Of a DNA stretch of 24,015 nt, positions 6,984-13,815 are shown one piece after another. The stretch spans positions 1 to 24,015 of the forward strand of contig CANREK010000001.1 in the NCBI GenBank assembly GCA_947629605.1, written 5' to 3'. Under the pieces are notes generated by a model, which was not told where the DNA came from, searched no databases, and was given only the letters and a program-made list of their open reading frames with translations. This DNA is from an uncultured Clostridia bacterium (GTDB lineage: Bacteria; Bacillota; Clostridia; Christensenellales; Borkfalkiaceae). Numbering within the stretch: the stretch's first letter is position 1; the number at the start of each line of letters is the position of its first letter. The translations under genes and the position numbers were made by a program.

Positions 6984-7658
6984 TTACAGTTTGCCGAAGC
7001 GTCTGTCCCGCCCCGCAAAGTCTTTGAGCGCCCTGTCGAGATCCCCGTTGGAGAAGTCAGGGAAGAGTTTTTTCGAAAAATACAGTTCGGCATATGCCGC
7101 CTGATAGAGTAAAAAATTGGAGAGGCGCACTTCCCCGCCCGTGCGGATGAGAAGGTCGAGCGGCGGCAGTCCCGAAGTGCCGAGATAGGAGGCAAATTCC
7201 TCTTCCGTGACCTCTTTCCCCTCTCTCACCGCCCGATTGGCGGCCGCGACGATCTCCTGCTTGGCGCCGTATGCGAGCGCGAGGACCAAGGTCCCCTTTT
7301 GCCCGCCTTCCGTCAGGGTCACGGCCTCGCCGATCATCGCTTGGATATCCGCGGGGAAGCGGGTGACGTCGCCGATGACGCGGAGCGCGATGCCGTTCTC
7401 TTTGAGGCGCAGAGACTGCGCGGGGAAGTACTCGCGGAAGATCGAAAAGAGCCCGTCGAGTTCCTCTTGGGGGCGGGAAAGATTCTCCGTGGAGAGCGCA
7501 AAGAGCGTGAGACATTCGACCCCGCAGGTGAATGCGTGGTCTGCGAGGGCGAGCATCCGCTTGAATCCCGCCCTGTGCCCCGCGCCGCGCGGCAGAAGGC
7601 GCTTTTTGGCCCAGCGCCCGTTTCCGTCCATGATGATCGCAACGTGTCTTGCGGTCAT
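6984..7658 (-). CDS. uppS: Undecaprenyl diphosphate synthase
   Basis: HVAIIMDGNGRWA, FALSTENLSR and DLLIRTGGEVRLSNFLLYQAAYAELYF motifs. Start moved to ATG 7658 (TGATG overlap with the frr stop). Confidence 0.97.
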   Translation of the reverse strand: MTARHVAIIMDGNGRWAKKRLLPRGAGHRAGFKRMLALADHAFTCGVECLTLFALSTENLSRPQEELDGLFSIFREYFPAQSLRLKENGIALRVIGDVTRFPADIQAMIGEAVTLTEGGQKGTLVLALAYGAKQEIVAAANRAVREGKEVTEEEFASYLGTSGLPPLDLLIRTGGEVRLSNFLLYQAAYAELYFSKKLFPDFSNGDLDRALKDFAGRDRRFGKL

Positions 7659-8230
7659 CAAACGGTCATGAGCTCCTTTTCCTTGGCGGAAACGGTCGTC
7701 TCGATCGAGGTCATGCACTTTCCGACGGCCTCTTCGACATCCTGCTCGCAGTTTTTGCTCTCATCCTCGGAGAGCTCCTTGCCTGTTTTCATCTTTTTGA
7801 GGGCTTCCATGGCTTCCCTGCGCACGTTGCGGGCGGCCACTTTTGCGTCCTCGCCCATCTTGCGGACTTGCTTGACGAGCTCCTTTCTGCGCTCCTCGGT
7901 GAGCATCGGGAACACGAGGCGGATGACGTTGCCGTCGTTGACGGGCGTAATGCCGATGTTGGAGGCGAGAATGGCCTTCTCGATGGCCTTTAAGAGGGAC
8001 TTATCCCACGGGGAGATGACGAGGCATCTCGCATCGGCGACGGAGACATTGCCGAGCTGTTGGAGCGGGCTCATGCTGCCGTACGCCTCCACTTGCAGTT
8101 TATCGAGAATGTGCGGATTTGCGCGGCCCGCACGGATCGCGGCATAGTCGTCCTGCAAGACCGCGACGGTCTTGTCGAGTTTGTCCTCGAGCGTGAGAAA
8201 GATCTCTTCCACTTTTTCGTTGTCGATCAT
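7658..8230 (-). CDS. frr: Ribosome recycling factor
   Basis: IRAGRANPHILD, ISPWDKS, FPMLTEERRKELVK and KVAARNVRREA motifs. AAGGAG RBS. Confidence 0.97.
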   Translation of the reverse strand: MIDNEKVEEIFLTLEDKLDKTVAVLQDDYAAIRAGRANPHILDKLQVEAYGSMSPLQQLGNVSVADARCLVISPWDKSLLKAIEKAILASNIGITPVNDGNVIRLVFPMLTEERRKELVKQVRKMGEDAKVAARNVRREAMEALKKMKTGKELSEDESKNCEQDVEEAVGKCMTSIETTVSAKEKELMTV

Positions 8231-8279
8231 ACTATGTTCTCCTTAATTGATTTTATGATTGAATAATGAGCTCATGCGC

Positions 8280-8987
8280 TCAGTTCGTAATCAACGTTCC
8301 CAATTTCTCGCCGCAGACGGCGCGGAGGATGGAGTCCTTCTCGCCGAGCCCGAAGGCAAGCACGGGGATGTTGTTCTCCATGCACATCGTCGCGGCGGTG
8401 AAGTCGATGACTTTGAGCCTCTTTTCGATGATCTCCCCGAAGGTCAACGTGTCGTATTTTTTGGCATTCGGGTTGACCGTGGGGTCGCTGTCGTAGATGC
8501 CGTCCACGTTCTTTGCCATGAGCAGGACATCGGCGTTGATCTCGCACGCCCGCTGGGCGGCCGCCGTGTCGGTGGAGCAGTACGGATTGCCCGTGCCGCA
8601 CGCGATGATGACGATCCTGCCCTTTTCAAAGTGGCGAAGCGCCCTTCTGAGCACATAGGGCTCGGCGACGGAGACCATGTTGAGGGCGGTCTGCACGCGC
8701 GTCGGGATGCCACGCTTCTCGATGATATCCATGAGGGCGAGGGAATTCATCACCGTGGCGAGCATGCCCATCTGGTCGGCCGTGGCGCGGTCCATGTTGG
8801 TGCCCTGCCTTCCCCGCCAAAAGTTGCCGCCGCCGATGACGAGGCCGATATCCACCCCCATCTCGTGGACTTTGACGAGCTGGTCGACGACGCCGTCAAC
8901 GACGTCTGCGTTGAGGCCGAATCTCTGCGGTCCCGCAAGCGCCTCGCCCGAAAGTTTCAACAGAATGCGTCTGTATTTCGCAGTCAT
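8280..8987 (-). CDS. pyrH: Uridylate kinase
   Basis: YRRILLKLSGEAL, IGGGNFWRG, DQMGMLATVMN and GTGNPYCSTDTAAA motifs. Start set at MTAKY (8987), downstream of the promoter. Confidence 0.97.
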   Translation of the reverse strand: MTAKYRRILLKLSGEALAGPQRFGLNADVVDGVVDQLVKVHEMGVDIGLVIGGGNFWRGRQGTNMDRATADQMGMLATVMNSLALMDIIEKRGIPTRVQTALNMVSVAEPYVLRRALRHFEKGRIVIIACGTGNPYCSTDTAAAQRACEINADVLLMAKNVDGIYDSDPTVNPNAKKYDTLTFGEIIEKRLKVIDFTAATMCMENNIPVLAFGLGEKDSILRAVCGEKLGTLITN

Positions 8988-9014
8988 ACGTTTTCCCCAC
9001 ATACAATTTTTTCC

Positions 9015-9043
9015 ATTATACCATGGAATTCATGAAAAAGCAA
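9015..9043 (-). promoter_or_regulatory. sigmaA promoter of the pyrH operon
   Basis: TTGCTT, 17 bp spacer, TG-n-TATAAT on the minus strand. Confidence 0.75.
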
Positions 9044-9066
9044 GACATTTCTTTGAAACGCCTTAC

Positions 9067-9099
9067 AAAAAGAGAGCCCCGCAGCAAGCGCCGCAGGGC
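9067..9099 (-). terminator. Intrinsic terminator after khpA
   Basis: GCCCTGCGGC-GCTT-GCTGCGGGGC (10 bp including G-U pairs) followed by TCTCTTTTT. Confidence 0.7.
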
Positions 9100-9105
9100 A
9101 CGGGG

Positions 9106-9345
9106 TCATTCTTCCCGTTCCTTGATCTCGATGTTGTATTTTTTGGAATCGCGGGGCGTCGCGGCGCGGACCAAAGTCCTGAGCGCCTTGGCGATCTTCC
9201 CCTGCTTGCCGATGACCTTGCCCATGTCGGAATCGGAGAGGAGAATGGTGACGTCGATGGCGTCCTCGGTCTCCTCCACAACGTAGTCGACATGCTCCTT
9301 GTCCTCGGCGAATTGATCGACGATATACTTGATTAAATCTAACAT
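9106..9345 (-). CDS. khpA: KH-domain RNA-binding protein KhpA (YlqC)
   Basis: 79 aa with DMGKVIGKQGKIAKALRTLV KH motif. AAGGAG RBS. Follows rpsP. Confidence 0.95.
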   Translation of the reverse strand: MLDLIKYIVDQFAEDKEHVDYVVEETEDAIDVTILLSDSDMGKVIGKQGKIAKALRTLVRAATPRDSKKYNIEIKEREE

Positions 9346-9401
9346 ATGTTCTCCTTTTTTGCCTCTTTGCCTCTTTCGGGAAAGCCTTGGCGGGACATTA
9401 T

Positions 9402-9673
9402 CCCCCCACCACCGCCTACGGCGGAGCCTCCCCCCAAAGGGGGTAGGCCTTTTTGCCCCCTCCCGAGGAGGGGGGTAGGGGGGTGGGCAACGCGTTCCAA
9501 AATACTGCGCGGGGCAGGGTCTCCCTGCCTAAGCGCACCCTATTTGGTACCCTACGGGAACCTTAATGTCCTTGCAAAGTGCCTTACGAAACAAGTCGAT
9601 TGATGAACCGAGCACTTTCGCTCGAACAGTTTCTTTTCGAAGGCCGTAGGCCGAGCAAAGAATTGTTCGAAAT
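9402..9673. repeat. Direct repeat copy 1 (multi-hairpin element after rpsP)
   Basis: 9432-9673 equals 10179-10420 except T9637/A10384. 9402-9429 equals 10038-10065. Confidence 0.95.
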
Positions 9674-9677
9674 CTTT

Positions 9678-9971
9678 TTACTTCTTCTTTTTCTTCCCCT
9701 TGGTCTTGGGGGCGGAGAGCTTTGTGGGCTTTTCCATCGCGCCGACCTGCACCAAGAGGCTCTTGACGGTCTCGGTGGGTTGCACGCCCTTGGAGAGCCA
9801 ATCCTTCGCCTTTTCGACGTCGACCGTGAGCGTCACGGGGTTCGACTTGGGATCGTAGAAGCCGACTTTTTCGATGTACTCGCCCGTGGCGGCCTTCCGC
9901 GCGTCCACAACTACGATACGGTAAACGGGAGATTTTTTGTCACCCATTCTCACCAATCTCATTTTGACCAT
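9678..9971 (-). CDS. rpsP: 30S ribosomal protein S16
   Basis: MVKMRLVRMGDKKSPVYRIVVVDARK...YIEKVGFYDP, WLSKGVQPTETVKSLL. AGAGAGG RBS. Confidence 0.98.
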   Translation of the reverse strand: MVKMRLVRMGDKKSPVYRIVVVDARKAATGEYIEKVGFYDPKSNPVTLTVDVEKAKDWLSKGVQPTETVKSLLVQVGAMEKPTKLSAPKTKGKKKKK

Positions 9972-10037
9972 TGTTTGTTACCTCTCTATAAATTTTTATT
10001 TTTTGACTGTTTTTCGCAACATATGTTGCATTTTTTA

Positions 10038-10420
10038 CCCCCCACCACCGCCTACGGCGGAGCCTTCGCGCACGGGTAGAGGCCCGTGCTTGGTCGGCAT
10101 TTGCCCGTTGCATATGGGCAAATGCTATAAGAATTTTGCGCTAAGAGTTATCAACTCTTAGCAGAGTGCAAAATTCTTCCCCAAAGGGGGTAGGCCTTTT
10201 TGCCCCCTCCCGAGGAGGGGGGTAGGGGGGTGGGCAACGCGTTCCAAAATACTGCGCGGGGCAGGGTCTCCCTGCCTAAGCGCACCCTATTTGGTACCCT
10301 ACGGGAACCTTAATGTCCTTGCAAAGTGCCTTACGAAACAAGTCGATTGATGAACCGAGCACTTTCGCTCGAACAGTTTCTTTACGAAGGCCGTAGGCCG
10401 AGCAAAGAATTGTTCGAAAT
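10038..10420. repeat. Direct repeat copy 2 (after ffh) with an additional 111-bp three-hairpin insert
   Basis: Same element as 9402-9673, with 10066-10178 replacing CC at 9430-9431. Confidence 0.95.
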
Positions 10421-11731
10421 TCAGAAGGGGAGCCGTTTCTTCCCGCGGAAGCGTTTCATCATTTCCTTGGTCTGTTCAAACTGCTTCAAGAGCTGGTTGA
10501 TGTCCTGCACGGTCGTGCCCGAGCCGAGCGCGATGCGGCGTTTCCTCGACGAGTTGATGATCTGCGGGTTGTCCCTCTCCTTGGGCGTCATGGAGAGAAT
10601 GATGGCGCGGATGCGCTCGATCTTGCTCTCGTCGATGTCGCCGTCTTTGAGTTTCATCTTGTTCGCCCCGGGGAGCATGTTGAGAAGTGCCCCCGCGCCG
10701 CCCATCTTTTTGAGCGTTTCAAACTGCGTCAGATAATCGGCAAGGGTGAAGGAATTCTCGCGCATCTTGCGCTCCATTTCCTTGGCCTGCTGTTCGGTGA
10801 CGGCCTCCTGCGCCTTTTCGATGAGGGAAAGAACGTCCCCCATTCCCAAAATTCTCGACGCCATGCGGTCGGGGTAGAAGGGTTCGAGATCGGTGATCTT
10901 CTCCCCCACGCCGATGAATTTGATGGGCTTTCCCGTGACGGCCTTGATGGAGAGACATGCGCCGCCGCGCGTGTCGCCGTCGAGCTTGGTGAGGATGACG
11001 CCCGTGATGTTGAGGCGGGCGTTGAAGGTCTCGGCAACGTTGACGGCATCCTGCCCCGTCATGGCGTCGACGGTGAGAAGGACTTCGCTGACAGTCACCT
11101 CTTTTTGGATGTCTTCGAGCTCCTGCATGAGCTTTTCGTCGATATGAAGGCGCCCCGCCGTATCGATGACAACGGTGTCGAATCCCATTTTGAGGGCGTA
11201 TTCCACGGCCTGTTTGGCGGTCTTGGGGGGAGCCTGTGTGCCCTTTTCAAACACTTCCGCCCCCGCCTTGGCGGCGACGACCTTCAATTGGTCGATGGCC
11301 GCGGGGCGATAGATATCGCATGCGACAAGCAGCGGTTTTTTGCCCTGTTTTTTGAGCTGCACGGCGAGCTTTGCGCACATCGTCGTCTTGCCCGCGCCTT
11401 GCAGACCGCACATCATGATGACCGTCGGGGGCTTGGGGCTGACTTCGAGCTTGGCATTTGCGGGCCCCATGAGGGCGATGAGCTCCTCGTTGACGATCTT
11501 GATGACCTGCTGGGCGGGGTTGAGGCTTTGAAGGACCTGCTGTCCCACCGCCTTCTCGCTGACTTCGGCGATGAAATTTTTGGCGACTTTGAGGTTGACG
11601 TCGGCCTCCAAAAGGGCGATACGCACCTCGCGCATGGCCTGTCTGATTTCAAGTTCGGTGAGTTTCCCGCGCTTGGTCAATTTTGAAAAGATATGGTTGA
11701 GCCGCTCGGAGAGCGATGCGAAGAGCGCCAT
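10421..11731 (-). CDS. ffh: Signal recognition particle protein Ffh
   Basis: GLQGAGKTT, DTAGR, TKLDGDTRGG, RILGMGD and M-domain SRKRRIALGSG. GAGGAG RBS. Confidence 0.98.
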   Translation of the reverse strand: MALFASLSERLNHIFSKLTKRGKLTELEIRQAMREVRIALLEADVNLKVAKNFIAEVSEKAVGQQVLQSLNPAQQVIKIVNEELIALMGPANAKLEVSPKPPTVIMMCGLQGAGKTTMCAKLAVQLKKQGKKPLLVACDIYRPAAIDQLKVVAAKAGAEVFEKGTQAPPKTAKQAVEYALKMGFDTVVIDTAGRLHIDEKLMQELEDIQKEVTVSEVLLTVDAMTGQDAVNVAETFNARLNITGVILTKLDGDTRGGACLSIKAVTGKPIKFIGVGEKITDLEPFYPDRMASRILGMGDVLSLIEKAQEAVTEQQAKEMERKMRENSFTLADYLTQFETLKKMGGAGALLNMLPGANKMKLKDGDIDESKIERIRAIILSMTPKERDNPQIINSSRKRRIALGSGTTVQDINQLLKQFEQTKEMMKRFRGKKRLPF

Positions 11732-12109
11732 TCAATTCTCCTCTTTGTCGTGGTCGACCGTTTCGCCGACTTCGACTTTTTTGATGATGTCGTCCATTTC
11801 CCGCGCAAATTCGGGGTGCTGTGCCTTGAAGGTTTCGAGCGCACGCGTCACATCCGTCATCATGAACGAGACCGCGAGCGAATAGGCTTGGTTTTGCTCG
11901 TTGAAGTGCAGTTTTTCCTCGTAAAGATCGAGAAGTTCACGGCTCGTTTTGAGCGCATCGGACACGGCTTGCTTGGAGATGCCCTTTTCCTCGGCGATCT
12001 CGGAGAGGGAAAGGTCGTACATGTAGTACTTTTCGCAGATCTCCCGCTGGCTCTCGGTGAGCAGCGGCCCGTAGGCATCCCACAGCTGCAAATATCTCAG
12101 ATCTTTCAT
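11732..12109 (-). CDS. ylxM: YlxM family SRP-associated HTH protein
   Basis: YGPLLTESQRE...DLSLSEIAEEKGISKQAVSD...LDLYEEKL pattern, immediately upstream of ffh. Start moved from TTG 12151 (which overlaps the promoter) to ATG 12109. Confidence 0.9.
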   Translation of the reverse strand: MKDLRYLQLWDAYGPLLTESQREICEKYYMYDLSLSEIAEEKGISKQAVSDALKTSRELLDLYEEKLHFNEQNQAYSLAVSFMMTDVTRALETFKAQHPEFAREMDDIIKKVEVGETVDHDKEEN

Positions 12110-12118
12110 CGTATTGAC

Positions 12119-12147
12119 ATTATAGCAAACAAAAACTCCCCTGTCAA
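12119..12147 (-). promoter_or_regulatory. Consensus sigmaA promoter of ylxM-ffh-rpsP-khpA
   Basis: TTGACA, 17 bp spacer, TG-n-TATAAT: a full consensus match. Confidence 0.85.
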
Positions 12148-12184
12148 GCATTTTTCCTTGACAGGAGAGAAAAAATATGGTACG

Positions 12185-12459
12185 CGCTCATGCTGAGCGT
12201 AGCGAAGCATCCCGTTAAACACACGGAGCAGCTGCTTCCGTAGGTTTGCCGGGATTCTTCGGGGGCGGTGCCCCCTCAGAATGAGCGGGTGGGCATACCG
12301 GAATAACACCCCTCCCGTCACTGCGTGACACCCACCCCTCGGAGGGGTGGGCAAGTCTTGGCTCCCCCTTGAGGGGGAGCTGTCGCGCCGCCCTTGCGCG
12401 ACTGAGGGGGTGTTTCTCCGCCCGTTTGCTGCCCTTTGCTACGCTCATGCTAAGCAAAC
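12185..12459. repeat. REP/BIME-like cluster between ftsY and ylxM
   Basis: Complete arm pair CGCTCATGCTGAGC..GAAGCATCCCG / CGGGATTCTTCG..CTCAGAATGAGCG (12185-12287). Inverted C+B doublet at 12307-12413. GTTTGCT..AGCAAAC hairpin at 12424-12459. Confidence 0.9.
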
Positions 12460-12465
12460 GAAATC

Positions 12466-13362
12466 TTAAAAGAATCCTTCTACAAACTGTTCGGCGTTAA
12501 AGAGCTCTAAGTCGTCGATCTTCTCGCCGACGCCGGCAAAGACGACGGGCACTTTGAGTTCGCCGCAGAGGGAGAACACAAATCCGCCCTTGGCGGTGCC
12601 GTCGAGCTTGGTGAGCACGATGCCGTCGAGGTCCACGGCCTCGTTGAATACGCTGGCCTGTGAAAAGGCGTTCTGCCCCGTCGTAGCGTCGAGCACCAAA
12701 AATTTATAGAACGTCGCCTCGGGGAACTCCCGCCCGACGACCCTGTCCATCTTGGAGAGCTCCTTCATGAGATTTTCTTTGACATGGAGGCGCCCCGCGG
12801 TGTCGATGAGGAGCACGTCTGTCCCCCTCGCCTTGACGGAAGAGACAGCGTCGAACACGACGGCGGAGGGGTCACTCCCCTCTTCGTGCTTGACGATGCG
12901 GACCTTGGCCCGCTCCGCCCAGATTTCGAGCTGTTCGGTCGCCGCCGCGCGGAAGGTGTCCGCCGCCGCCACGGTGACGGATTTTTTCTGCTTGACGAAA
13001 TAGTTGGCCACTTTCCCGATGGTCGTCGTCTTGCCGACGCCATTCACCCCGACGAACATGATGACGCAGGGGTATTTGAATTCGGGCACAGGCGCCTCGT
13101 TGAGAGTATCTTCGAGGATGTCTTTGAGAAGGTCGGTGACGAACCCTTCGTCCTTGATCTTATTGCCGATTGCCTCTTCCTTGACCTGCTCCACGACGTC
13201 CTCGGCGGTCCTGACGCCGACATCGGCGGAGATGAGGATCTCTTCGAGTTCGTCATAGAAGGCGTCGCCGAGCTTGTTTTTGAGAAAGAGTTGCCTTAGC
13301 TTCGTGGCAACGGAGTCGCGCGTCTTTTTGAGCGCATCACGGATCTTACTGAAAATTCCCAT
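12466..13362 (-). CDS. ftsY: SRP receptor FtsY (NG domain only)
   Basis: GVNGVGKTTTIGK, DTFRAAA, DTAGR, TKLDGTAKGG and GVGEKIDDL motifs. Confidence 0.97.
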   Translation of the reverse strand: MGIFSKIRDALKKTRDSVATKLRQLFLKNKLGDAFYDELEEILISADVGVRTAEDVVEQVKEEAIGNKIKDEGFVTDLLKDILEDTLNEAPVPEFKYPCVIMFVGVNGVGKTTTIGKVANYFVKQKKSVTVAAADTFRAAATEQLEIWAERAKVRIVKHEEGSDPSAVVFDAVSSVKARGTDVLLIDTAGRLHVKENLMKELSKMDRVVGREFPEATFYKFLVLDATTGQNAFSQASVFNEAVDLDGIVLTKLDGTAKGGFVFSLCGELKVPVVFAGVGEKIDDLELFNAEQFVEGFF

Positions 13363-13420
13363 AAAATTTCACACTTATGTTGCGGTTTTGATAAGTCGTA
13401 CTAAGCCGATACGGGCACAG

Positions 13421-13810
13421 TGCCGCCCCGCGTCATTCTGCCCCGCCCGCACGTTCTTTATGGCGTCGAAGGGCGGCACGAGCGCCCTAAGGCGCGAAGT
13501 AGCCACGGAACTCATAGAGAGTAAGGGGGCTATTTCGAAGAATCTCGCGGGGCGAATACGGACCATTCTGATTGCGTCATGGTGAGCGTAGTCGAACCAT
13601 CACCTTATTATTGCTGCGGTGATCCTTCGACACGACGCAAGGGCGCGTCGGGGCAGGATGACGCATTTGTACGGTGCCGTAGAATGTGCGGCGAGATGCT
13701 TCGGACTTGCTTCCGTGGACTGCGTTTGTATTCCGCGGCTCAGCATGACGCCGCACGCAACGGCTTCCGTAGGTTTGCTGCCCTTCGGCTACGCCTCAGG
13801 ATGAGCAAAC
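13421..13810. repeat. Nested REP-like cluster between smc and ftsY
   Basis: Inverted E unit split into 13424-13555 and 13686-13755 by a second arm pair (13573-13665). Also a 60-bp insert at 13441-13500 and a terminal GTTTGCT..AGCAAAC hairpin at 13773-13810. Confidence 0.9.
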
Positions 13811-13815
13811 AGAAA

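Noticed and set aside
8261-8282. Small TGAGC..GCTCA hairpin at the pyrH stop as a repeat remnant
   Set aside because: A 5-bp stem is too short to distinguish from chance.
9339-9352. LexA/DinR box at the khpA start
   Set aside because: AGAACATATGTTAG deviates at several positions from CGAACRNRYGTTYC, and the GAAC derives from the RBS spacer.
9402-10420. Direct repeat as SRP RNA, group II intron remnant or IS ends
   Set aside because: No SRP helix-8 motif (CAGG..GGAA..AGCAG), no recognisable domain V, no terminal inverted repeats and no transposase. An Rfam scan would be needed to exclude other families.
9529-10736. ORFs crossing the direct repeats (9529-9801, 9579-10079, 10326-10736)
   Set aside because: They are antisense or off-frame to rpsP and ffh, lack RBSs, and their shared peptide simply reflects the duplicated DNA.
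12466-13362. FtsY lacking the acidic N-terminal domain
   Set aside because: NG-only FtsY is common in Firmicutes.
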